In this document: piece after piece, positions 32,232-41,524 of the stretch
Numbering within the stretch: position 1 is the first letter of the stretch
Layout of the letters: the number at the start of each line of letters is the position of its first letter
NCBI GenBank assembly: GCA_910584375.1
Contig: CAJUAH010000008.1
Location: forward strand, 27,031 to 91,030
Length of the DNA stretch: 64,000 nt
Source: an uncultured Acetatifactor sp.
GTDB lineage: Bacteria; Bacillota; Clostridia; Lachnospirales; Lachnospiraceae
Direction: 5' to 3'
Position numbers and translations under genes: made by a program
Notes under the pieces: model-generated
Databases searched by the model: none
The model's input: the letters and a program-made list of their open reading frames with translations, nothing else
Told to the model about the DNA's origin: nothing

Positions 32232-34761
32232 CAAAGAAAGTGCCCACGTAATAGACCCACATGGTATTCTCGTCCATGGGAATCATCTGGCTGCCGAAAA
32301 ACTCTCCGTCCCCCAGGTTGACATTCCACCACCGGAAATTTCCCTCCGGGAGCCGCGCCTGGGAAGGCCAGTTGGCTGAGTCGTCCTCGCCGCAGCCAAA
32401 TCCCCGGATGGGCAGGCTGGTCTCCCACGCTCCCGCCATCGCGTATTCATGGGCGGCATTCTGCCAGTCGTAGATCAGCTTTGTCCCCAGCAGCGCCTCC
32501 GTCTCCTCCTGCTCCAACGCCTCATAGGGCACGCTGGCGACGCCGGTGATCTCCCAGGTTCCCTGTAGATATTCCTGCGCCTGGGCCGCCTCTCCCCTCT
32601 GCCGGACGCGGGTGGCAGTCCAGAACCTTGTACCGCCCCACAGATCATATACCAGCATGGTATTTTCGTCCAGTACATAGACCGCGTTGCCAAAGTCAGC
32701 ATTCTCGCCCAGGTTGACCAGAATCCGCCGTGCGTCCTGGGCGTAGGCGTCCAGCCAGGCCACATTGTAGGTATTCCAGAACTCTTCCCCGCTCTGGGTC
32801 AGGCTGCTGCACCCCCGGATATTCCCCTCATATCTCACATTGCCCGCAGTGTCCAGGCTCTGGAAAATGCCGTCCCCATAGCGCAGAATTTCCCCGATAC
32901 GCTCGTTTGGCCTGGTCTGCTCCTGCTCCCATATGTCGATGCCGCTGACGCGCCAGTCGCCCTCCAGATAATCCGCGGCATTCTGATCCCAGTCCTCCGG
33001 GTACACGTCTGTAAATTCCACGCTTTTGCGATATTTTCCGAAATCAGGACTCCATGTGTAAAAATCATGGGAGGAATATTCCGCGTTCATTTGATATAAA
33101 AACAGTTCGAGGTGACCCTCTATAAGACCGCTTTCCAGGTACAGGTTGGTGATACCGTCCGCACCCATGGGCCAATAGTCTCCCCACATGGGACCGTCAT
33201 AGAGATACTCCAGTTTTCCCTCCGCCGTCACCGTGAAAAAGTAGTGATAACTCCTGCCATCCTCCGTCTTGGTTCCCAGGAAGAAGTCCTGCTGCCCGTC
33301 CAGGTTACAGTCCTCCATATACCAGGGGAAATCCTTATAGTAAAAGCGCATCTCCCGGCCGCCCTGCCCATTGGCCAGCGCCTTGCTGTCCAGCAGCTGC
33401 CCCTGGGCGTCCAGCGTCCGCAATTCATATATGCCCTCATATTCCTCTGTCTCCGCGCCGTCCTGCCCGCGATAGACGCTACGGGTTCCCTCAGTCAGCA
33501 CCAGCCGCAGCGTTACCCTGTCGCCCGCGGAGATCTCCGCCTGTCCCTCGCTGAGTACAAACTCCCGCAGCTCTTCCGACTGCTGCGGCAGAGCCAAGAC
33601 TGTGGACGGCTGCGGATACTGCCCTCCGTCTGCGGAAGGTTGCTCCCCTTTCTGGGAGCCCTGTACCCCCTGACTTCCCTGGGGAACGGTCAGAAAGACG
33701 ATTCCTCCCGTCAGCGCCGCCAGCGCCACGCAGAGTGTGATCCCTCTCCCCCTTCTTTTCGTCTGTAAAATATTCCGTATCCGCCGCTCGGTATGTGTCT
33801 CTCCAAAGGCCAATACCGCCGGGCCATTCTGCTTTATGGCAAAGCCCAGCAGGGCGGAGGCGTAGGCCCGTCTCTCCTGCAGATCCGCCCGCGCCATGGC
33901 CGCCTCGTCGCAGAACATCTCCATATCCTGATAGAATAGATGAATCCCCAGCCATACCAGCGGATTCCACCAGTGCAGGCACAGGGCGAAAGTACCCAGC
34001 AAACGCAGCAGGGGATCCCCATGGCGGATATGACTCTGCTCATGGAGCAGAATATATCTTTCTGTCTCCGGCTCCAACCCGTAGGACAGATAGATCCGTG
34101 GACGCAGTACCCCCAGCACAAAAGGAGAGCCTGCCCTTTCACTGCGCCAGATATTGTCCCGCACATGAACTGCCGCCTTCAGTTTTCGTTTCCACCCTGT
34201 ATACTGCACCGTAAAGAAGAACAGGAGCGCCGTCGTTCCCATGGCGTAGATGCCTTTCATCCAGGGGAGCATGTTCTGCCAGACCTTTTCCAATGGGTCT
34301 GCCGTCCTGTCCTCTGTCTGGATACGGCTTTGCCCCTCGCTTGGAGAAGGAACATTCAAAACGCCGGGAACCGTATTGCCATGCCCTGTTTCGTCTCCGC
34401 TCATGCCGTTCTGCCCGGGGGCCGTCACAGCCCCGGCATTTTCCCCCGGCAGGGAACCGTTCTGCCTGTCCGCGGGGGCAGTCTCCCTCACGGGCACGCG
34501 CGGCGCGGCGGGCTGCTCCTTCCGGGCTGTTTCCGCCGTCTTCCCGGTCAGAAATCCGGGCTGCATACTGTAATCGCTCTCAATAAATACCGGACACAGC
34601 AGACGCAGCAGCACCAGGAACCACAGTCCGTAGCTGTACCCTTTGGAACAGCCCCGTAGCAGCATGCGCAGGATCAGGACAAAAACGATCAGCAAGCCCG
34701 CCAGCAGACTCATTTGCCACAGATGTTCCGCTATATGCATATGTCTCCATATTTCTGTCAT
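32212..34761 (-). CDS. M56 family metallopeptidase (BlaR1-like N-terminus) with large extracellular region
   Basis: SPFVLG..RPRIY, LLHEQSHI, LHWWNPLVW and EMFCDE; downstream of a BlaI homologue. Confidence 0.9.
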   Translation of the reverse strand: MTEIWRHMHIAEHLWQMSLLAGLLIVFVLILRMLLRGCSKGYSYGLWFLVLLRLLCPVFIESDYSMQPGFLTGKTAETARKEQPAAPRVPVRETAPADRQNGSLPGENAGAVTAPGQNGMSGDETGHGNTVPGVLNVPSPSEGQSRIQTEDRTADPLEKVWQNMLPWMKGIYAMGTTALLFFFTVQYTGWKRKLKAAVHVRDNIWRSERAGSPFVLGVLRPRIYLSYGLEPETERYILLHEQSHIRHGDPLLRLLGTFALCLHWWNPLVWLGIHLFYQDMEMFCDEAAMARADLQERRAYASALLGFAIKQNGPAVLAFGETHTERRIRNILQTKRRGRGITLCVALAALTGGIVFLTVPQGSQGVQGSQKGEQPSADGGQYPQPSTVLALPQQSEELREFVLSEGQAEISAGDRVTLRLVLTEGTRSVYRGQDGAETEEYEGIYELRTLDAQGQLLDSKALANGQGGREMRFYYKDFPWYMEDCNLDGQQDFFLGTKTEDGRSYHYFFTVTAEGKLEYLYDGPMWGDYWPMGADGITNLYLESGLIEGHLELFLYQMNAEYSSHDFYTWSPDFGKYRKSVEFTDVYPEDWDQNAADYLEGDWRVSGIDIWEQEQTRPNERIGEILRYGDGIFQSLDTAGNVRYEGNIRGCSSLTQSGEEFWNTYNVAWLDAYAQDARRILVNLGENADFGNAVYVLDENTMLVYDLWGGTRFWTATRVRQRGEAAQAQEYLQGTWEITGVASVPYEALEQEETEALLGTKLIYDWQNAAHEYAMAGAWETSLPIRGFGCGEDDSANWPSQARLPEGNFRWWNVNLGDGEFFGSQMIPMDENTMWVYYVGTFFEARRTE

Positions 34762-34872
34762 CTCTTTCTCTGCCCCCCAACTTACCGCGTTATTATGCCG
34801 TCCTGCTTTCCCTTGCTTTGCACGTCCTGCAGCTATCCTATTCCCTGTTACTTTCCGCCCTCCGACGCCGCC

Positions 34873-35226
34873 CTATTCTCCCGCCTGATCGATCAGCGCC
34901 CGGATCCTCTGCATATCCTTTTTTGTCAGTTTCCGATCCTTCAAGAAAGCCGCCAGAAACGCAGGCACATCTCCGCCGGTGGTGCGCTCCAGCAGTTCGT
35001 CGCTGGCCTGTCTGTCCACCTGCTCCTTGCTGGCCAGGGATGTGACGATGGTGTTCTCATTCTGTACGATACCTTTTTCCGCCAGTTTGCGCAGCACTGT
35101 ATAAGTAGTAGACTTTTTCCAACCCAACTGCTCTCTGCACAGCTCCACCAATCTGGGGCTGCTCACCGGCTCATTCTCCCAGACCACGCCCAGAAAACGG
35201 TATTCACTCTCAAATACTTTCTCCAT
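34873..35226 (-). CDS. BlaI/MecI/CopY family repressor
   Basis: ESEYRFLGVVW...WKKSTTYTVLRKLAEKG. Confidence 0.9.
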   Translation of the reverse strand: MEKVFESEYRFLGVVWENEPVSSPRLVELCREQLGWKKSTTYTVLRKLAEKGIVQNENTIVTSLASKEQVDRQASDELLERTTGGDVPAFLAAFLKDRKLTKKDMQRIRALIDQAGE

Positions 35227-35242
35227 TGCCCCCGATTCCTTT

Positions 35243-35296
35243 CAGTCTATCCCGATAAACTGTTTACAGTTTACTCCAATAAACCAGAGATGTCAA
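35243..35296 (-). promoter_or_regulatory. Promoter and two palindromic operators of the blaI-like operon
   Basis: TTGACA-17-TAAACT; GTYTA-N6-TAAAC dyads at 35245-35260 and 35269-35284. Confidence 0.7.
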
Positions 35297-35327
35297 GAGT
35301 CTTCGCAATACAATTTTCCATACAGTT

Positions 35328-35361
35328 TGCAACATAAACATCCGGCACTGCAACATAGACA
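35328..35361 (+). promoter_or_regulatory. LytTR-type direct-repeat binding site
   Basis: TGCAACATARACA twice with a 21-bp period, just upstream of TTGCAA/TGnTATTCT. Confidence 0.65.
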
Positions 35362-35415
35362 GGGATCTATTGCAAAAAAGCAGAAATATGATATTCTGGT
35401 TTCGAGGTAAAGACA

Positions 35416-35868
35416 ATGAGATGGATCAAAACACATGAACCGGAGCTTGGTGAAAACTATCTGGAAATTCATTACGGACAACTGAATAACGAGACGCGGG
35501 ATATCATCCGGTATCTGGAATCCAGAGACGTCCTGCTGGGCCGAAACGAGGCGGAAAGCCGTCTGATCAGGCCGGACGAGATCTATTATGCCGAGATCGT
35601 CGACCGCAAATGTTTCGCCTGTTTGAAGGAGGAAGTCTGGAAACTGGAGGAGGGACTGGCCGAACTCACAGAGCGCTATGAGAGCCATGGTTTTGTGCGC
35701 ATCGGCAAGTCCACGGTGGTAAATATCCACAAGGTAAAGCAGATCAAAGCCGACCTGAACATGCGCATGGATCTGGTTTTGCTCAATGGGGAGATCATCG
35801 TCATGAGCCGCAGTTATCGGAACGACTTTTTCAGGAAATTGAAAAGCATGAGAATGGAGGGGAAGTAA
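35416..35868 (+). CDS. Stand-alone LytTR DNA-binding protein
   Basis: EIYYAE, FVRIGKSTVVNI and MSRSY; no receiver domain. Confidence 0.9.
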   Translation: MRWIKTHEPELGENYLEIHYGQLNNETRDIIRYLESRDVLLGRNEAESRLIRPDEIYYAEIVDRKCFACLKEEVWKLEEGLAELTERYESHGFVRIGKSTVVNIHKVKQIKADLNMRMDLVLLNGEIIVMSRSYRNDFFRKLKSMRMEGK

Positions 35869-36282
35869 ATGATAGACAGACACAATTTCTGGCCCACCGT
35901 GAGCGGAGTATTTACCTGTCTGCTGATCGGGAAGATCGCCCTGGAGAGCATATGGGGCGTCCGGGATGAACACTATGCTGAAAACATTATAGCGCTGTTT
36001 GTGATAACGTTTATGGCGACTTTGCTCTTAAGTATGCACAGGTATTTGCAGAATATGCCCGTCCTGTTGGTGATGCTGCTGCAATATGGGGTACTGATGG
36101 GCGGCGTGATGGGCGCGATGTGGCTGGGAACGCATTTCACAGATATGCATACCAATGCCTGCCGGGATATGTTCTGGTCGGTTACGATTCCGTATGTGGC
36201 ATTGGCGGGAGTGTATTATATATCGTTTTTCTGGAACATAAAAAAGGCCAATGCGCTGTTGAAGATGAATCAGGAAAAATGA
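35869..36282 (+). CDS. Four-TM membrane protein, putative partner of the LytTR protein
   Basis: Abuts the LytTR gene; four hydrophobic segments. Confidence 0.7.
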   Translation: MIDRHNFWPTVSGVFTCLLIGKIALESIWGVRDEHYAENIIALFVITFMATLLLSMHRYLQNMPVLLVMLLQYGVLMGGVMGAMWLGTHFTDMHTNACRDMFWSVTIPYVALAGVYYISFFWNIKKANALLKMNQEK

Positions 36283-36310
36283 ATAAGAAAGCACAGGGAG
36301 GAAAATAAAA

Positions 36311-37009
36311 ATGGAGAAAAAATCTAAAACGCAAAACAGGGATATTGGTGACACAACTTGTAAGAAACAGGGAATGGATTATCTGTGGCTGGCACTGACC
36401 GCCTTTGGCGGCCTGGGCCTGGAGGCAGTGTACGCCTTTGCGCTGGAGCCTATGATATACGGCTGTGAAATGCGGGACTGGAACACCTGGCAGACTCTTC
36501 TGCACTGGACGGTCACCTGCGTCACCTGGGGGTTCGTAGCATGGTACACTATAAGAAAAGCAAAGAGAGACTGCGGTTTCGATCTGTTTAAAAAAGGCGG
36601 ATCCGTCAGGCTGTGGCAGTGGATCGCCGCTATCGGATGCGCGGCGATCTGTCTGGCGAGTACTTACATCGACTGGCAGGGCAGCAAGCTCCTCATAGAA
36701 TTTATGCAGCTGGGGGCGCTGAAGTTTATTTTTCAATATATATACTATCTGTTTGAAGTCGTTCTGTTCATGCTGATTATTGTCTATGGACAGAAGGCGT
36801 TTGAGGTATGGTTTCGGAAGGCAAATATTCCTTACGGCGGCATCGTGGTGGCTCTGACATGGGGCATGGCCCATTGGTTTACCAAGGGAACACTGGCAGC
36901 AGGTCTGTATTCGGCATTCGGCGGATTCTGCTTTGGAGCAATGTATCTGCTTTTGAACCGGGATATAAAGCGGACATATGCGGCGCTGTGCGTCATGTTC
37001 ATCCTGTAA
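36311..37009 (+). CDS. Multi-pass membrane protein
   Basis: GGAGG RBS; several TM segments; YYLFE and TWGMAH weakly CPBP-like. Confidence 0.65.
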   Translation: MEKKSKTQNRDIGDTTCKKQGMDYLWLALTAFGGLGLEAVYAFALEPMIYGCEMRDWNTWQTLLHWTVTCVTWGFVAWYTIRKAKRDCGFDLFKKGGSVRLWQWIAAIGCAAICLASTYIDWQGSKLLIEFMQLGALKFIFQYIYYLFEVVLFMLIIVYGQKAFEVWFRKANIPYGGIVVALTWGMAHWFTKGTLAAGLYSAFGGFCFGAMYLLLNRDIKRTYAALCVMFIL

Positions 37010-37140
37010 GGAGATGGAGGATTGCCCCATTTTTTCCAGAATATGCTTGCGTACAGACATGCTTTAGGTTATAATAAAAATGTAGTGAATATCCGGTCTG
37101 CGGGCCGGTCAGAATAATCTCAGGAAAGGTGGTAATGACA

Positions 37141-38109
37141 ATGCCATTAGTTACAACAAAGGAAATGTTTGAGAAGGCATACAATGGCGGTTACGCAGTT
37201 GGTGCGTTCAATGTCAACAACATGGAGATCGTGCAGGGCATCACGGAGGCGGCCGGTGAGCTGAACAGCCCTGTGATTCTTCAGGTATCCAAGGGGGCAA
37301 GGGCTTACGCGAACCATACTTATCTGGTTAAGCTGGTGGAAGCGGCAGTCGCCGAGAATCCCCAGATCCCCATCGCCCTGCATCTGGATCACGGCGATAC
37401 CTTTGAACTGTGTAAATCCTGTATCGACGGCGGTTTCACTTCCGTTATGATCGACGCGTCCTCCAAGTCCTTTGAGGACAACATCGCCCTGACCAAGCAG
37501 GTCGTAGAATACGCTCACGACAAGGGCGTCGTAGTCGAGGCCGAGCTGGGAACGCTGGCCGGCGTTGAGGACGAAGTTAAGGTAGAGGCAGGTCACGAGT
37601 CTTACACCCGCCCGGAGGAAGTGGAGGAGTTCGTCTCCAGAACCGGATGCGACTCTCTGGCCATCGCCATCGGCACTTCCCACGGCGCTTACAAGTTTAC
37701 TGCCGCCCAGTGTACGAGAAACGCCGACGGCGTGCTGGTTCCCCCTCCGTTGCGCTTTGACGTGCTGGAGGAGTGCATCAAGCGTCTGCCCGGTTTCCCC
37801 ATCGTTCTGCACGGCTCCTCTTCCGTTCCGCAGGAGTTTGTCAAGATGGTCAACCAGTATGGCGGCAATATGCCCGACGCTGTAGGTATTCCCGAGGAAC
37901 AGCTGCGCAGGGCTGCCGAGCTGGCCGTATGTAAGATCAATATCGACTCCGATATCCGTCTGGCTATGACCGGCAATATCCGCAAATACTTCGCGGAGCA
38001 TCCGGATCACTTTGATCCCCGCCAGTATCTGAAACCCGCCCGTCAGGCCGTCAAAGATATGGTGGCTCACAAGATCATGCATGTTCTCGGCTCCAACGGA
38101 AAAGCCTGA
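37141..38109 (+). CDS. fba: Class II fructose-1,6-bisphosphate aldolase
   Basis: ALHLDHG, SVMID, GTSHGAYK, VLHGSS and KINIDSD. Confidence 0.96.
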   Translation: MPLVTTKEMFEKAYNGGYAVGAFNVNNMEIVQGITEAAGELNSPVILQVSKGARAYANHTYLVKLVEAAVAENPQIPIALHLDHGDTFELCKSCIDGGFTSVMIDASSKSFEDNIALTKQVVEYAHDKGVVVEAELGTLAGVEDEVKVEAGHESYTRPEEVEEFVSRTGCDSLAIAIGTSHGAYKFTAAQCTRNADGVLVPPPLRFDVLEECIKRLPGFPIVLHGSSSVPQEFVKMVNQYGGNMPDAVGIPEEQLRRAAELAVCKINIDSDIRLAMTGNIRKYFAEHPDHFDPRQYLKPARQAVKDMVAHKIMHVLGSNGKA

Positions 38110-38119
38110 CAGACAGAAT

Positions 38120-38159
38120 AAAACAGGATGCGTTCCCACGGGAACCCATCCTGTTTTTT
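38120..38159. terminator. Intrinsic terminator after fba
   Basis: AAAACAGGATG...CATCCTGTTTTT. Confidence 0.8.
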
Positions 38160-38180
38160 ATTCCATGAAAAGTATCGGTT

Positions 38181-38873
38181 CTACTCCACCGCGATATACA
38201 CATCCATGTAACGCGCGCCGTCCTGCTCATACTCCTTTTCAAAACAGTCAATGATCCGACCGTCCCATTTCCCCTTGAGTCCGTTGGTGTTCATGTAGGC
38301 CATCAGGACTTTGTACGCGTTGGGAATCGTCTCAAAGGGGGCTATTTGGTAATCTTTGATCGTGATGGCGATATATCTCTGGCGATCCTGCTTTTTCACC
38401 TCCGACGGAAGGTTTTCCTCCCGGAAACCGTCAGGCAGTACCAGCGCCACCCCATAGCCATGCATATGGTGTACATTAATCTGCTCCTGGGAGACCGCTG
38501 GAAAGTCCCATCCGATGATCAGGGGATCCTGCATGTCGAGCTGCTGTGCCCAGCGCCGCGCATGTTCTATGGCGTCTTCCTCCGGTTCCGGGCTGATGAC
38601 CGTATACTGGATATAGCGAAACGCCTCCACCTCCTCAAAACGGATATTGCAATAGGATTCCCCCGCGATATCCATATTCTCCCGCACCAACTGATCCAGT
38701 GTGCAGGAAAACAATTCGCACAGCGCAAGCAGTTTATCCATCTCCGGATACGCAGCATCCAACTCCCACTTGGACACGGTCTGTCTGCTTACAGCCATCT
38801 TGTCCGCCAATTCTTCCTGTGTCATATTATTTTTCATTTTTCTCAAAAATAAAAGATTCTTCCCAAAACTCAT
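38181..38873 (-). CDS. XRE family regulator with GyrI-like effector domain
   Basis: MTQEELADKMAVSRQTVSKWE; C-terminus ends CFEKEY...MDVYIAV; GGAGG RBS. Confidence 0.85.
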   Translation of the reverse strand: MSFGKNLLFLRKMKNNMTQEELADKMAVSRQTVSKWELDAAYPEMDKLLALCELFSCTLDQLVRENMDIAGESYCNIRFEEVEAFRYIQYTVISPEPEEDAIEHARRWAQQLDMQDPLIIGWDFPAVSQEQINVHHMHGYGVALVLPDGFREENLPSEVKKQDRQRYIAITIKDYQIAPFETIPNAYKVLMAYMNTNGLKGKWDGRIIDCFEKEYEQDGARYMDVYIAVE

Positions 38874-38890
38874 TCTGCTTTTCCTCCATT

Positions 38891-39090
38891 TAAAGTTCCG
38901 TGACTTCCCCGACAGTACCTTTCTGGCAGAACAACGCCTGCCCTTAATGCAGTCAGGCATTGTTCTGGGCACTGTTGGGAAAGCCACTGATAAAGTTCCG
39001 TGACTTCCCCGACAGTACCTTTCCGGCAGAATAACGCCCGCCCTTAATGCGGTCAGGCATTGTTCTGGGCACTGTTGGGAAAGTCACTGT
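38891..39090. repeat. 2 x 100-bp tandem direct repeat, each unit a long imperfect hairpin
   Basis: 38891-38990 vs 38991-39090 differ at 6 positions. Confidence 0.95.
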
Positions 39091-39235
39091 AAAAATCTGC
39101 CTTATCGGCGCTGTTGCAGGCAGAGGCAACTTGCGCTGATGAAATTATCATACACGGATCTTCTGATGAGTTCCACCAACTTCACAGTTCTCTTTTGGAA
39201 GAAATCGCAACTTAAAGTTGCAGGGAATACAACGG

Positions 39236-39904
39236 TCATGCGTCTAATGCCACATATTGTTGTAACTGCGGATATTCGGCGGCGTGTCTCCGCACATAGC
39301 ATCTCTTGAACGCCGCAAATGCGGACTCACGTCGCAGCATACTGCGAACCGTTCGTATAACTACTTTTAAATCAGGACAGGCACGCATCTTTTCCAACTG
39401 CTTATATAATACATTCATCTCCTGCTGCAACATTTTTAGTCTCACATCGCCTGTGTTACTTCTCATGCCTGTATTTTTCAGAGAAAAAGCCTCCTCTACC
39501 AGCATGGCCGTCCGCTTTTGAAGATCATTATTGGTGTCCAATACCGCCACATACACCTTATCCCCATTGAGTTCAAAAGACAAAATTTTTTCAGGGTCAT
39601 ACTTACAGCAGTCCAGAATGCCCTCGTCATATCTGCCGTTTTCCTTGATCCCGTTGCAACGCCCACATGACCAAAACAGATTATTCCAGTCGTATTTTCT
39701 CTCCGGGTATTTACCGTTTTTATGAGGGAGCAAGTGTTCCACATTAGGATCCTGCAAATCTTTCATCTCGCATATATAACATTTATCGTGAAAGTCCTTC
39801 TTTAGCCGCTCAATCACATCCTGTCGGTCGTATCTTCCGCTATGTTTCAGAGCCCCCTCCGCCAGCGATCCGGGAGCGGGATAGGAACGCTCGATCTTAA
39901 CCAC
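39236..39904 (-). CDS. HNH endonuclease (PtuB-like)
   Basis: KCYICE, VEHLLPH and DWNNLFWSCGRCN; overlaps the ATPase stop by 8 bp. Confidence 0.85.
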   Translation of the reverse strand: MVKIERSYPAPGSLAEGALKHSGRYDRQDVIERLKKDFHDKCYICEMKDLQDPNVEHLLPHKNGKYPERKYDWNNLFWSCGRCNGIKENGRYDEGILDCCKYDPEKILSFELNGDKVYVAVLDTNNDLQKRTAMLVEEAFSLKNTGMRSNTGDVRLKMLQQEMNVLYKQLEKMRACPDLKVVIRTVRSMLRRESAFAAFKRCYVRRHAAEYPQLQQYVALDA

Positions 39905-41189
39905 CTATATCCTCCCGGTTCATAAATTCCAGTTTCAGTCTCTGGTATTCTGTAGTAAAGCCGATCGCAAGATAATCCGGTATCTCGTCCAGATAAAGCT
40001 CCAGTTTCGCGATCTCGCTCATCTCATCATCGGATAAAGCCTTTTTACGTATAAGGCTTTTATACCGCTCATATTTTTGTCTCAAGGTATCCGAAAGCCT
40101 GTCCGCCTCAAAGTATCCCTCCACAATACCTTCATAGGGAAAATTGTTCATGCCCTCCTCTACCAATATACGTTTTTCCAGATCGTAGATCACGGCATTC
40201 TTTATACTGCTTAATATAAACGGCGAATGCGTTGTGACCACAAACTGAATCTCGGGAAACAGCGTGGTCAATAAGGGCATAATGTTTTTCTGTAATGCCA
40301 AATGCAGATGCGTCTCGATCTCGTCTATCAGCACGATACCCGGTAAACTAAAGTCAAAGGAACGTCCTGTCTGGCTTACCATACGCATCATTATATCCAG
40401 AACGATGTCCAATACCGCCTGATAGCCATCGGATAATGTGTTAAAATCAAACGGCTCTCTTCCCTGCTGTAGAATATGAAACTCAAATGTATCCTCATCA
40501 AATGTCAGTTTTAATGATTCGTCCTCAAATATCTCCTTTAAAAGCCGTTCCAGATTTGCAAACCAGCCGCTGATTTCATCCGCCTTTTCATTTTTCTGGC
40601 TGTTCCTCGCAAGGGCTTCCGTCATCTTCAGATCCAACAAATACTTTACAAATTCATTTCTGGGAAATTCTGTGGGGCTATACTCTTCTTTAAACTGTAC
40701 CTTTTCCACATGTTTCGGCTGTTCTGCCACAAAGGCGCGATCCGCTTTGTAAAACGCCAAAATAAAATTACTTTTTTTCAACAAAACAGGTTTTGTTTCC
40801 ATCAAAAGATCATTTGTATTATAATCTTCGCACCGAAAGTTATATGCTGCTTCTATATTTTTTCTATCCTGAACAGCATCTTCCTCTTCTTGAAAAAAAT
40901 GCTCTTTTAATATGCGAATCTGCTTGTTTGTCCCGTCCTGTTCACCCAATTCTTCACGCATTTCTGATAATTTTGTATAATACGCCAGCACCCGTTTAAA
41001 TAAACTCTGGTCTAAAAACAAAGAATCATTAAGGAAATCTGCCAGAGCCTCCAATACACTTGTCTTTCCACTGCCGTTTTTCCCTGTCAGGATCAAATGT
41101 TTAACGCTATCCTCAGCCAGAGGAATAGTGATATTCTCCAAATGTCTGACTTTATGGATCAATAAACTGGTCATGAAAATCTGTACCAT
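39897..41189 (-). CDS. ABC/AAA_21-type ATPase (PtuA-like)
   Basis: GKNGSGKT, LSDGY, VLIDEIETHLH and TTHSP; no TM segments. Confidence 0.88.
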   Translation of the reverse strand: MVQIFMTSLLIHKVRHLENITIPLAEDSVKHLILTGKNGSGKTSVLEALADFLNDSLFLDQSLFKRVLAYYTKLSEMREELGEQDGTNKQIRILKEHFFQEEEDAVQDRKNIEAAYNFRCEDYNTNDLLMETKPVLLKKSNFILAFYKADRAFVAEQPKHVEKVQFKEEYSPTEFPRNEFVKYLLDLKMTEALARNSQKNEKADEISGWFANLERLLKEIFEDESLKLTFDEDTFEFHILQQGREPFDFNTLSDGYQAVLDIVLDIMMRMVSQTGRSFDFSLPGIVLIDEIETHLHLALQKNIMPLLTTLFPEIQFVVTTHSPFILSSIKNAVIYDLEKRILVEEGMNNFPYEGIVEGYFEADRLSDTLRQKYERYKSLIRKKALSDDEMSEIAKLELYLDEIPDYLAIGFTTEYQRLKLEFMNREDIGG

Positions 41190-41524
41190 TGTCCAATCCC
41201 CCTATGCTATACTAAAAACAGATCACTCCCGCAAAAGATACTCCAGGAAATCCATTTTATTATCTACCAGCCAAATGTACATAATAATGATACTATCCTT
41301 CTGCCAATTCTTTTAGCACAATATCCTTTCCTGCAAAGATTATAGCATCCTCTCCCATATCCCACAAGTGCATATATTCCTCAATTTCCGAAATAACCGA
41401 GTCCTGCCTCTGAAAAAAACACTGTCTGATATCTTGGAAAAAGTCGAGATGACACGAAAGTAAAAAGACACACGTCATATGTTGATTTTAATCATAGCAT
41501 ATGACGTGCGATCTGTCAAAAAAT

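Noticed and set aside
38891..39090. CRISPR array
   Set aside because: Units are contiguous 100-mers with no unique spacers; no cas genes in the window
39236..41480. Retron
   Set aside because: No reverse transcriptase motifs and no msr-msd inverted repeats recognised upstream
41200..41480. 61-aa ORF upstream of the ATPase
   Set aside because: No clear RBS or motif; possibly a remnant but unsupported
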